This document shows, piece by piece, positions 1 to 8,663 of a stretch of 64,000 bases of DNA. The DNA is taken from assembly GCA_963675295.2 (NCBI GenBank), contig CAXXKJ010000002.1:1312001-1376000 (forward strand), read 5' to 3'. This DNA is from a bacterium. GTDB lineage: Bacteria > Electryoneota > Electryoneia > Electryoneales > Electryoneaceae. A model generated the notes under the pieces. That model did no database searches and had not been told where the DNA came from. It saw only the letters and a list, made by a program, of their open reading frames with translations. Position 1 is the stretch's first letter. The number at the start of each line of letters is the position of its first letter. Position numbers and translations under genes: made by a program.

Positions 1-716
1 AGGCAGTCGAGCACGAGGAACAGCACCGGCTCATCGTTCCGAATCAGCGGCGCGATCCATTCACGCACAATATCGTGGCTCAGCGGGGGACGGTCGTCCC
101 GTTCCATCTTCATCCAGCGCGGGTACATCCGCTCGATGTAACGGCCGAAGGTGTGATTCGCACTTTCCAATTGTTGGTCGAACAGGCCGAGCAGGCTGGC
201 GTCTCGTTGCTGCGCGATTTCAATCGACCAGCGGTTCATGCGCACGCCGAGATCGAGCCACTCATCCCAGTCCATCTCGCCGTCCAGCTCTTCGCCGGTA
301 CGGTTGAACTCGGCGACGTAATCCTGCGCGAGACGTTGCTGGTTGATCTCGCGGGCGTCGAGCAGCCGTTTCAACGCGGAGAGGATCTGGCTCGGGTTGA
401 CCGGCTTGGTGAGGTAGTCGTCAATGCGGCGGCCGATCGCCTCCTCCATCAAAGATTCTTCCTCAGACTTGGTGATCATGATCACCGGCAGGCCGGGCCG
501 GATCTGCTTGACCCGTTGCAGGGTCGCGATGCCGTCGAGACCGGCCATCTGTTCGTCGAGCAGGAGCGCGTCGTACCGTTCGTGCATTACCTCACGGATG
601 GCGTCCTGGCCGCTGGTGACGGCCTTGACGTTGAACTCACGGTCTTCGAGGAACATCACGTGGGGCTTCAGCAGTTCGATTTCGTCGTCAGCCCAGAGGA
701 TACGTTTCGCTGCCAC
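1..716 (-). CDS. PorX-like response regulator (receiver + start of PglZ/alkaline-phosphatase-like domain); 3' end runs off the window
   Basis: Not in the ORF track. Manual translation from GTG 716: MAAKRILWADDEIELLKPH...LLLDEQMAGLDG...MITKSEEESLMEEAIG...YLTKPVNPSQIL, later PLSHDIVREWI...VLFLVLDCL, which is the PorX family pattern. Confidence 0.85.
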   Translation of the reverse strand, partial: MAAKRILWADDEIELLKPHVMFLEDREFNVKAVTSGQDAIREVMHERYDALLLDEQMAGLDGIATLQRVKQIRPGLPVIMITKSEEESLMEEAIGRRIDDYLTKPVNPSQILSALKRLLDAREINQQRLAQDYVAEFNRTGEELDGEMDWDEWLDLGVRMNRWSIEIAQQRDASLLGLFDQQLESANHTFGRYIERMYPRWMKMERDDRPPLSHDIVREWIAPLIRNDEPVLFLVLDC

Positions 717-853
717 CTGGGAACTCCCTGTGTTTGATGTGGTTGATGGTTGTGCAACTCGGTAGCAACGTGCGGGGGCTGGATTTTCCTTGTTGGTGCT
801 TCAGATCGTGTTTATGTCTCAATGTGTCTTGAGTTTTCTTATGTTTTCTTATG

Positions 854-973
854 TGTCATCCTGAACGTAGTGAAGGATCTTGGTTCCCAATGATCTACTC
901 TGGCATCGTCGTGTGATCTACCCAATTGTTTCGGCCAGATTCTTCACTTCTCTTCGTTCCGTTCAGAATGACA
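854..973. repeat. REP-like long imperfect palindrome
   Basis: Arms TGTCATCCTGAACGTAGTGAAGGATCT and AGATTCTTCACTTC...CGTTCAGAATGACA; related copy at 19972-20097. Confidence 0.7.
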
Positions 974-1004
974 CTCTTACACGCAATCACTCATAACTCA
1001 TCAC

Positions 1005-1916
1005 TCACGACTCATCACTCGTCAGTCCACGCCATCCCTCAGCCTGCTCACTCGTCAACCGTCCTTCGCGTTCCGCCAGTTCGACGAGTGCGGCGGTCAG
1101 TTGACGATACAGCGCTTTCGTTTCGTCATCCACCTCGGTCGCGAGGTGCGCGGTGACGGTGTCGCGGTCATTGCGTGCGACCGGGCCGGTCAACGCTCGC
1201 GCCGGGTCGTGTTGGTGCAGACTGTCCAGCATGCCACGCATCAGTGGCAACAGTGCCTGGATCGCGGTGGTCCGGTCCGCGGCGATCCCGTCCAGGCACC
1301 CCGCGCCCATGTCGAGCAGCAGCGGCAGGAAGTTGGACACGATCACCGACGCCAGATGATACTGCGCGCGTTGTTCATCCGGGACGATCATCGGTTGCAC
1401 ACCCAGCCGCCGCGCCAGTTCCATCATCGCGGGGAGCGCTCCGTCATCAGCGGTGACGCCGGCGTAGATGCCGTGGAAACGCTCTGCGCCGGATCGTGGC
1501 GGAAAGGTCTGGATCGGGTGGAAGGCGGCGGTCTGCCAGCCGAGTTGCGCGAGTGGCTTCAGTGGGGCCAGGCCATGCGCGCCGGACAGGTGCAGCGCGA
1601 TCCGTGGCACCTCGGCACCGTCGATTCGTGCGAGCGGATTCTCCGCGACACGGGCGGCGACAGATTCGATCGTTTGGTCCGGTGTCGCAATCAGCAGCAT
1701 CGGGTGGACCGGCGACAGGGCCGACAGGTCACAAATGGGGAAGCCGTCTGCTCGAGCGGTCGATGCGCCCGGCGAATCCAGCAGCTCGCAGACACAGCAG
1801 ATCGTGTGCCCGGCCTGCTGCAGGGCGAGGGTGAAGGCTCGTCCGGCGGAACCGTAGCCGACGACGGCGACGTCTGGCGGGTTTCCCGCGCTGATGTGTG
1901 GTGACGGTTGGCTCAT
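1005..1916 (-). CDS. Rossmann-like + DUF2520 oxidoreductase (possible PanG-type ketopantoate reductase)
   Basis: VVGYGSAG dinucleotide motif, ATPD, HLSGA, FHPIQTF, YHLASVIVSN, LTGPVARND. Confidence 0.85.
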   Translation of the reverse strand: MSQPSPHISAGNPPDVAVVGYGSAGRAFTLALQQAGHTICCVCELLDSPGASTARADGFPICDLSALSPVHPMLLIATPDQTIESVAARVAENPLARIDGAEVPRIALHLSGAHGLAPLKPLAQLGWQTAAFHPIQTFPPRSGAERFHGIYAGVTADDGALPAMMELARRLGVQPMIVPDEQRAQYHLASVIVSNFLPLLLDMGAGCLDGIAADRTTAIQALLPLMRGMLDSLHQHDPARALTGPVARNDRDTVTAHLATEVDDETKALYRQLTAALVELAEREGRLTSEQAEGWRGLTSDES

Positions 1917-1957
1917 GAGTAGAACGAGCCGCTAAGTAGCGGCTCGGATAAGGTCTC

Positions 1958-2296
1958 TCAGTCCGCGGGGTACGGCGGACGCATCTTCAACTTGCTGCGG
2001 CGGTCAACGTCACGCCGGTCTTTCTCACGGCGTCGTTCCCGCTCCTGGGGCGACTCGTTGGGTTTCTCTCGTCTGTCTCTTCCGGATCGGCGCTCGTTTT
2101 TCCGCCTGTCCTCCCAGACCAGTTTCCGTGTCGCCATGGTACGATTCGGCACGTAGTCATACCCGAGATCTTCGTACGTGGTGTCTGGCTTTTTTTCCTG
2201 AATGGCGGCACGAATGGATTGTGCGAGAAAGGCGATGGCGATGAGCACAAACATGACGGCTGCGAGCCCGATCAGGATGCTCAGCAAGGTATCCAT
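1958..2296 (-). CDS. Small single-pass membrane protein with repeated (E/D)RR motifs
   Basis: N-terminal hydrophobic helix, SD GGAGGA upstream, tail EDRRKNERRSGRDRR...ERRREKDRRDVDRR. Confidence 0.7.
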   Translation of the reverse strand: MDTLLSILIGLAAVMFVLIAIAFLAQSIRAAIQEKKPDTTYEDLGYDYVPNRTMATRKLVWEDRRKNERRSGRDRREKPNESPQERERRREKDRRDVDRRSKLKMRPPYPAD

Positions 2297-2579
2297 GTAG
2301 TTCCTCCGTCGAACCCACCCGGGATTCGATCCAACCCACAGAACAGACCCCGTCCTCCAGCTTCGCCCCGTTGCTGAAAACCCGGGATGCCATTCTCTTC
2401 AGCCACAAGTATACGAGTTGCGCCCGATTCCCGCAAGAGGGGATCGCCTCGCCAGTCCAATTCTCGAATACTCACAAGCACATGTCAATCTTGCAATCAA
2501 GATAGCGCGTTGAAGAGTCGAATTGGGTAATCTGGCGCACATCACGGAGCTCCAACGGACCTTCTCCCTGTCCGGACGC

Positions 2580-3101
2580 CTAGTGGTCAGATTCTTCTGT
2601 TTCTACGTCGTAATCAACGGATGGGCGTTGAGTTTCACCCACTGCATTGTAACTCTCTAATGCCTCCGGGTGACGGATGTGTCCACCCACATTGGAGACG
2701 ACGGTCGCAAAAATTGCCGTACCTGCAACAAGAAGTACACTCGCCCACCACGCCCACCCACGGATTTTGTCCGGGTTTTTGCGCACCAGGCTGAACCAGA
2801 TGATGCTCAGGAAAGCCGAGGCGAGAGCGAACGGAAACATCGTTTCGCCCAGCTCCTCGTGTTCATGGATCGCCTCGTCGCTGATGCCGGGTATCTGCGA
2901 GACGAGATCCGCTGCAGATTCTCCCGTATTCGCAGCCAACACCAGACCCGCGGCTGCCATCAAAATGATCACCAGGGTCGATAGATGCAGACCCGTCTGG
3001 TTCTTGTAAAACGAACTGAAAATGAGCAGCAGCAACCCGATCCACATCAGCGTCGGCGCGGAGTGTACAAAGATCAGGTGCAGGTGAGCAGCGTTTGGCA
3101 T
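2580..3101 (-). CDS. 4-TM membrane protein, DUF2231-like
   Basis: HLHLIFVH, ANTGESA, IHEHEE, GGHIRH motifs; four hydrophobic segments; start chosen at MPNAAH. Confidence 0.7.
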   Translation of the reverse strand: MPNAAHLHLIFVHSAPTLMWIGLLLLIFSSFYKNQTGLHLSTLVIILMAAAGLVLAANTGESAADLVSQIPGISDEAIHEHEELGETMFPFALASAFLSIIWFSLVRKNPDKIRGWAWWASVLLVAGTAIFATVVSNVGGHIRHPEALESYNAVGETQRPSVDYDVETEESDH

Positions 3102-3246
3102 CAGTGTACCATGCTTCTTGCTGGATGTTGCAGAACAACGAAAGGTAGCTCTCTGAAAACCGCTGTGCCAACCGGAACACAAATGTTCTTGCGTTCTCAG
3201 GTGTCACTCCGGTAGCTTCCGGCATTCGTGCAACGGGAATTCCAAT

Positions 3247-4404
3247 TTGATACCATACACGCGTAAAACAAATCCCAAAGCGGTTTTTCCGCCGCTGCTC
3301 GCTCTGGTTGCCCTGTTCGCAGTCGCCAGAGCGTACGGCTCTCCTGACGCGGATTCCACGGCTTCCGAAACGGGCGGAGCGCATATCATCGCCGCGCCGT
3401 ATGTCGTTGGCAACTCGGATGATGGCCTCACCCTCGGTTTTGGCTTCGGCGCCAACCGGCCACCGTCCCTGTACGCCGTCTCCAGCGTCGAGTATTCGCT
3501 CACCGGCCAGATGAACGTGTATGTCGAGGGCGAAATCCGGCTCGGAAATTTCCGCTACGCCGGCAAGGTCAGTTACAGCCGTGGGGATTACGGGATTTAC
3601 CCAACACAACCGGTGGACCCGGATTTCATCGCCGAGGCGGATATTGAACGTGTCGACATCAAGCTGGCGGCTCTGCGTCCCCTCGGCCATCATTTCGAGC
3701 TTGGTCCGGCGGTGTGGATCGAGTCGGCACGGGGCATGCGTCCCGAGGACCCGGACAAGGTTCCGTTGGAGCTGGCGACACTATCACCATTCCGGCCCGG
3801 ATCGCTGGCGCTGGGCGGTGTACGGGCACGGTGGCGGACAACCAGCAGCGTGCGTCCGATGGACGGCTACATCCTCGACCTGATCACGCAGGCCGGGGCG
3901 GCATGGGCGGATGAGTGGGACGACGCCAGACCGGACGCGACAGTCCAGTTCAAGGCGGCGATGGCGAAACCGTTACACCCACGGCTGCGCTATTACCTGC
4001 GGGCGGAAACCCGGCTGCAGCTGAACACGCCGCCGATTGTGCGTAACTACAACGGTGGCGACAAGAAGGTTCGTGGGCAGCCGAAACGCCGTGAATACGG
4101 CCGCCGCGCGATCTACACCCGCGCCCAGACTCATTGGACAATGCTCGACGACTGGCGCTGGCCGTCCGAGGTGGCGCACAGCCTGTTTTCGTTTATCCAT
4201 GTGTATGATCTCGATGTCGAGCTGGTGCCGTTTTACGACATGGGCGTGATGGCCGATCCGGACTACGGCTGGCTGCCCACGCGTCACGGCGTCGGGATGG
4301 GCGTACATCTCGTGATTCCGCCGGAGTTGGTGCTGCGTGTCGATGTCGGCGTCTCACCCGGCGGTTCGCCACGCTTCTACTTCACCATCGGTGAGTCGAT
4401 TTAG
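3247..4404 (+). CDS. Omp85/BamA-TamA-like outer-membrane beta-barrel without POTRA domains
   Basis: Signal peptide, VRGQ lid-like motif, C-terminal FYDMG...GVGMGVH...LRVDVG...FYFTIGESI. Confidence 0.65.
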   Translation: MIPYTRKTNPKAVFPPLLALVALFAVARAYGSPDADSTASETGGAHIIAAPYVVGNSDDGLTLGFGFGANRPPSLYAVSSVEYSLTGQMNVYVEGEIRLGNFRYAGKVSYSRGDYGIYPTQPVDPDFIAEADIERVDIKLAALRPLGHHFELGPAVWIESARGMRPEDPDKVPLELATLSPFRPGSLALGGVRARWRTTSSVRPMDGYILDLITQAGAAWADEWDDARPDATVQFKAAMAKPLHPRLRYYLRAETRLQLNTPPIVRNYNGGDKKVRGQPKRREYGRRAIYTRAQTHWTMLDDWRWPSEVAHSLFSFIHVYDLDVELVPFYDMGVMADPDYGWLPTRHGVGMGVHLVIPPELVLRVDVGVSPGGSPRFYFTIGESI

Positions 4405-4454
4405 GCAGGTGTGAGGATTGAGGTGTGAGGATTGAGGAGTTGAGGTAGGCTCAT

Positions 4455-4559
4455 GCCCCTGTGACCCGCCGTGTGTCTGGCGGTTCGCAGGGCTCGTCCC
4501 CCGCAAACGATCTTACCTGGATGTGCCCCCGATGGCTCCGCCAGCAGGGATGCTCCGCC
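4455..4559 (+). repeat. Dispersed double-hairpin element, copy 1
   Basis: TGCCCCTGTGACCCGCC..GGCGG..CGCAGGGCT and GATGTGCCCCYGATGGCTCCGCCAGCAGGG recur at 53002-53089. Confidence 0.8.
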
Positions 4560-4599
4560 GCATTCCCTGAAATCCCGCAAACGATTCCTCGATCCGTTC

Positions 4600-4628
4600 T
4601 TGACCACCCCATGACCCGCAGCTAGATT
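4600..4628 (+). promoter_or_regulatory. Putative sigma70 promoter
   Basis: TTGACC-17 nt-TAGATT upstream of CDS 4675. Confidence 0.5.
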
Positions 4629-4674
4629 AGAGAATCAGTCTATATATCGTCCAGCTCTCGAACCGGGGGAATCA

Positions 4675-6153
4675 ATGAACCGATTTCACGTGGTACCGTT
4701 CCTCGTTCTTCTGTTTCCATCCTCGCTGACCTACGCTCAATCCGGCGACACTCTCTGGACTCATGTTCGCGACCTCGTTCGCGATCGGGACGAACGGATC
4801 ATCAATCTGTGTGAAACGTCAGATGGTAGTATTCTCGCCGGTGTACGGGCGGAGAATCACCTCACCGGCAGTCCGAAGGTTGTCAAGCTCTCTGCGGACG
4901 GGTCCTTCCAATGGATCCACAACTACATCAATGAGATCCATCGAGGTCATCTTTGCGGCATTGTCGTTCGGCCAGACGACGGATTCAACATGGTATCGTT
5001 CACGAATGACGACCGGGTTCAGTTTGTACGCTGCGATGCCAACGGCACACCGGTGGATTCAACCTTCCACGCCATCCCTGGCTTCATGTATTTCACATCA
5101 GACATCTGCGCTTCGCCGGATGGCGGTCTCGCATTGGTGATGCGCCCACGATTTGGTGATACCGTGCTTATGCGTTTCTCAGCGACCGGTGACACGATGT
5201 GGACACGGTACCTCGATCTCCGAACCGGCGGTCGTGGACGTCCGTTGGACGTCGAATTCAGTCCCGGCAGCGAAGACGCTTTCGTATTGCTGGTGCGTTA
5301 TGGCGGTCAACACGCCTATGTCTATTCCTACAATTTGCAAGGAGATTATCTCTGGCGTCGCAGTCTGTACTGGTGGGGGTTCAGGGAATTCTATGCCTAC
5401 GGTTGCGTGATCCCCCTGGGGAACGGACGTACGATCGTCACGGGCGAATCACGATACATGGTCATTGAGGAAAATGGCAGCGCGGAACCGCCGGTGCGAT
5501 GGACGTCAAATCACGGGGTTGGTATCGAGAAAGGGGTCCGTGATGATCAGGGACGGTTCATTTTCGCGGGCTTTGTCGACCAGTATCACCCGAACTCCGG
5601 CGGCTTTCTGATGGGTGTGGATTTCGCACATCACAATCATTGGATCGTAAAACCTGATCTGGGGTCATGGATGTTTTACCGAACCCTGCTGACCACCAGT
5701 GACGGTCGCGTAATCGCTGCCGGGGGCGCATTTGAAGGGGACAGCACTCCCCGTTCGGTCATTGTCGCCTTCCGTGGGTTCGCAGAGTACCAGGAACCGG
5801 AGATTGACATTCACAGCACCCGGACCTCGATTCCGAGTACCGGAGCGCATGTGCCGATCAGTTGCACGATGTCCACTCCGGAAACCATGGATTTCAGCTG
5901 TCACCTGCGGGTGAATGTTCTGCAACCGGGCAGTAGCCCTCCGGGCAGATTGCTCTACGAACAGGACGTGGTATTGCATCCAGACGACCCGCTGTTGATT
6001 GAGAACCACGTTCATCTGCCGGCGTCGCTGCCCGCCGGCGAGTGCCGGATTATCGGCACGCTGGTTGATAGCTGGGGGGAGGAGATCGTCTCCGACGAGT
6101 TCGTCATCATCAAACGGCAACCGGGCGCGCCGGGCGGTGTGGGTGTGGATTGA
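4675..6153 (+). CDS. Secreted beta-propeller protein with C-terminal Ig-like domain (no T9SS CTD)
   Basis: Signal peptide, repeated GDTLW/GDTMW/GDYLW blades, C-terminal LPASLPAGECRI...SDEFVIIK. Confidence 0.75.
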   Translation: MNRFHVVPFLVLLFPSSLTYAQSGDTLWTHVRDLVRDRDERIINLCETSDGSILAGVRAENHLTGSPKVVKLSADGSFQWIHNYINEIHRGHLCGIVVRPDDGFNMVSFTNDDRVQFVRCDANGTPVDSTFHAIPGFMYFTSDICASPDGGLALVMRPRFGDTVLMRFSATGDTMWTRYLDLRTGGRGRPLDVEFSPGSEDAFVLLVRYGGQHAYVYSYNLQGDYLWRRSLYWWGFREFYAYGCVIPLGNGRTIVTGESRYMVIEENGSAEPPVRWTSNHGVGIEKGVRDDQGRFIFAGFVDQYHPNSGGFLMGVDFAHHNHWIVKPDLGSWMFYRTLLTTSDGRVIAAGGAFEGDSTPRSVIVAFRGFAEYQEPEIDIHSTRTSIPSTGAHVPISCTMSTPETMDFSCHLRVNVLQPGSSPPGRLLYEQDVVLHPDDPLLIENHVHLPASLPAGECRIIGTLVDSWGEEIVSDEFVIIKRQPGAPGGVGVD

Positions 6154-6203
6154 GCCGCTTTGTCCCTGATGGATGGCGTCAGCCGGTTATCGTGGTTGAT
6201 CTC

Positions 6204-6227
6204 ATGCCCACGACATTCATGTCGTGG
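6204..6227. repeat. Short palindrome resembling IS200/IS605-end or REP hairpins
   Basis: ATGCCCACGACATTCATGTCGTGG; 23/24 identical copy at 61384-61407. Confidence 0.6.
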
Positions 6228-6397
6228 ATAATCCGCAAGTATCCGAAACACGGTTGATCCCGACAGCTTGCTGGTCGGGATTATCCGCCGTCTCCACACT
6301 CCAAATCCCGAGCCCCGAGCTCCAGAGACAAAGCAGCCGCGTCTGTCACGCAGACACGGCTGTTGTGTTATTGCTGTTACCGACAACCGACAACCGA

Positions 6398-7330
6398 TTA
6401 CGCATTCCTGAGCGGATTCGTAATCTTCAGCACGCTGATGATCTTGATCAGTTCGTCGATACCGGCGCTGAGGTCGATTTTCGCCTTGTAGCCCAACGAC
6501 TTGAGCTTCGAGTAGTCGACTTCGTAGTCGCGCGCGTCCGGATCGGTGCCGAAGTCGGCTTCGTGCAGGTAGTAGTCCACCTTTTTCGCGATTTCCTGGG
6601 CGGCTTCACGCTTGGTGTAGTTCATCGTCTCGTCGCCGACGTTGTACGTGTTGCCGTTCATCGCGTCCCAGTTCTCCATCGCGAACGGGTAGATCGCGGC
6701 GGCGTCGCTGCTGTGCAGGAACGTGCGGCGGAAATGGCCTTCGAAGATGACGATCTGCTTGTTGTGGATCGCCTGGTACGTGAAGTCGTTGATCAGCAGG
6801 TCGAGACGCATGCGCGGGCTCGAGCCGAACACGGTCGCGAACCGGAACAGCGTGAAGTCGATATCGGTGGCCTTGATCATGTCTTCGCAGTCGCGCTTGT
6901 TGCGTCCGTACAGGGTCAACGGGTTGATTGGCGTTTCCTCGGTCGCGATACCGAGCACCTTGCCGTAGGTGGAGCCGGTGGACGCGTACAGCAGCTTCTG
7001 GCCCTTCTGCATCGCATCGACGATGTTCCGGGTGCCGTCGACGTTGACAGAGTTCGCACGAACCGGATCTGCCGCGCAGGCGGGGTAGCCGACGATCGCC
7101 GCGAGGTGCACGATCCAGTCTTGCCCTTTCACGACTTCCTTGATCTTGTCCGCGTCACGGACATCTCCCTGGACAATGCTCAGGTTGGGATGGGCGCTGA
7201 AGCCGAGCAGGGTTTGCGCGCCGAACATGAAGTTGTCGTAGATGGTGACCTTGTGGCCGAGCCGCAGCAGCTCGGGGACGAGAATCGTGCCGATGTAGCC
7301 GGCGCCGCCTGTGACGAGGATCTTTTCCAC
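6398..7330 (-). CDS. NAD-dependent epimerase/dehydratase (extended SDR)
   Basis: TGGAGYIG, HLAAIVG, ASTGSTYG, YGRNK, RFATVFGSSPRMRLDL. Confidence 0.9.
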   Translation of the reverse strand: MEKILVTGGAGYIGTILVPELLRLGHKVTIYDNFMFGAQTLLGFSAHPNLSIVQGDVRDADKIKEVVKGQDWIVHLAAIVGYPACAADPVRANSVNVDGTRNIVDAMQKGQKLLYASTGSTYGKVLGIATEETPINPLTLYGRNKRDCEDMIKATDIDFTLFRFATVFGSSPRMRLDLLINDFTYQAIHNKQIVIFEGHFRRTFLHSSDAAAIYPFAMENWDAMNGNTYNVGDETMNYTKREAAQEIAKKVDYYLHEADFGTDPDARDYEVDYSKLKSLGYKAKIDLSAGIDELIKIISVLKITNPLRNA

Positions 7331-7595
7331 GTTGCCGTTCCGATGTATTTGAGTGGTTTTTCCGTGTTTTCGCCGGGAAGTATGCGACGTAAAGTTTGGC
7401 GAAAGTAAGACTGTCTCCCGCTCTGGTCAATATGAAAGCCGGGGAACTCAGGTGAACCGGGGGCGGAAATTGGTTCCTGGGGTGGTTGGCAAGTCGTGGT
7501 CTCTGGCGAGACGGGTGCTGACGTGGATCACAATTCGGCGTGCCAAACGTTGTATCTTTTCGCCTCAACGTGGACTACCGATGGAGAGCGTAGCG

Positions 7596-8534
7596 ATGGC
7601 GACAGTGGTGCTGCAGACAGGTGGTGCGGGATTCTTCGGCCGCCGGATTGCGGAAAAGATCCGTGAAGCGGGGTATGAACTGGTCACTCCGGACCTGCCG
7701 GACTTCAACCTGATGGATTACGCGTCGGTCGAGAAAGCGGTCAAGGACATCGGTCCGGAAATCGTCGTGCACCCGGCGGCGTATTACGGCGGCCTCGGCA
7801 TCTGCATGCGTGAGCCGGCGAACCTGTTCTACAAGAACGTGATCATGACCGCGAACCTGCTCGAAGCCGCCAGCAAGATCCCGATCAAGCGCTTTGTCAG
7901 TGTCGGGTCGGCGTGCGCCTATCCGGGCAACGTCGTCGGTGACATGAAGGAAGACGACTTCTGGGCTGGCGCGTTGCACCCGAGCGTCGAAGCGTACGGC
8001 TTCACGAAAAAGGTGCAGCAGGTCGGCGGACGCGCGTACCAGCGCCAATATGGCACCATCGGCCAGTACCCGCAGATCACCAACCTCTACGGCGAGAACG
8101 ATGTTTTCACCGAATACCGCAGCCATGTCGTCGCGGCGTTGATCAAACGCTACGCCGACGCGGTCGAGTCCGGCGCGGAGCAGGTGATGAACTGGGGGAC
8201 CGGCAGCGCGGTGCGTGAGTTCATGTACACCCATGACGGCGCCGAAGCCATCGTCAAGCTGATGGAAACCGACTTTGACGACACGATCAACATCGGCACT
8301 GGGATTGGCACCACGATCAAGGAGCTGGCAACGTTGATCGCCGAACTCACCGGTTTCGAGGGCGAAGTTGCCTGGGATACGGACAAGCCGGACGGCGTCC
8401 CGCGCAAGGTGCTCGATGTCTCGCGCATGCGCGAGGTGTTGAACTGGGAACCGCCGACAAGTTTGCGCGAAGGTCTCAAGAAAACCATCGACTGGTATCT
8501 CGCGAACAAGGAAGAGGCGGACGCGCGGCAGTAA
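7596..8534 (+). CDS. GDP-L-fucose synthase-like epimerase/reductase
   Basis: TGGAGFFG, GSACAYP, YGFTKK, NLYGEND, SHVVAALI, WGTGSAVREF, KPDGVPRK; start at the ATG after SD GGAGAG. Confidence 0.85.
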   Translation: MATVVLQTGGAGFFGRRIAEKIREAGYELVTPDLPDFNLMDYASVEKAVKDIGPEIVVHPAAYYGGLGICMREPANLFYKNVIMTANLLEAASKIPIKRFVSVGSACAYPGNVVGDMKEDDFWAGALHPSVEAYGFTKKVQQVGGRAYQRQYGTIGQYPQITNLYGENDVFTEYRSHVVAALIKRYADAVESGAEQVMNWGTGSAVREFMYTHDGAEAIVKLMETDFDDTINIGTGIGTTIKELATLIAELTGFEGEVAWDTDKPDGVPRKVLDVSRMREVLNWEPPTSLREGLKKTIDWYLANKEEADARQ

Positions 8535-8556
8535 GCCTCAGCATGATTGAAGATTC

Positions 8557-8590
8557 AAAGCCGGTGATGCCTGTGCATCATCGGCTTTTC
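8557..8590 (+). terminator. Intrinsic terminator
   Basis: AAAGCCGGTGATGC-ctgt-GCATCATCGGCTTTT. Confidence 0.75.
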
Positions 8591-8663
8591 GTTTGCCACC
8601 CCCAACTCATTGACGTGATGTTCTATTTACATCATATTACCAATGTGGATAGCGGGGGAAACA

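Noticed and set aside
4455-4559. Known riboswitch or integron attC site
   Set aside because: No conserved core of a riboswitch I recognise, no RYYYAAC/GTTRRRY ends, and a putative promoter lies downstream of copy 1
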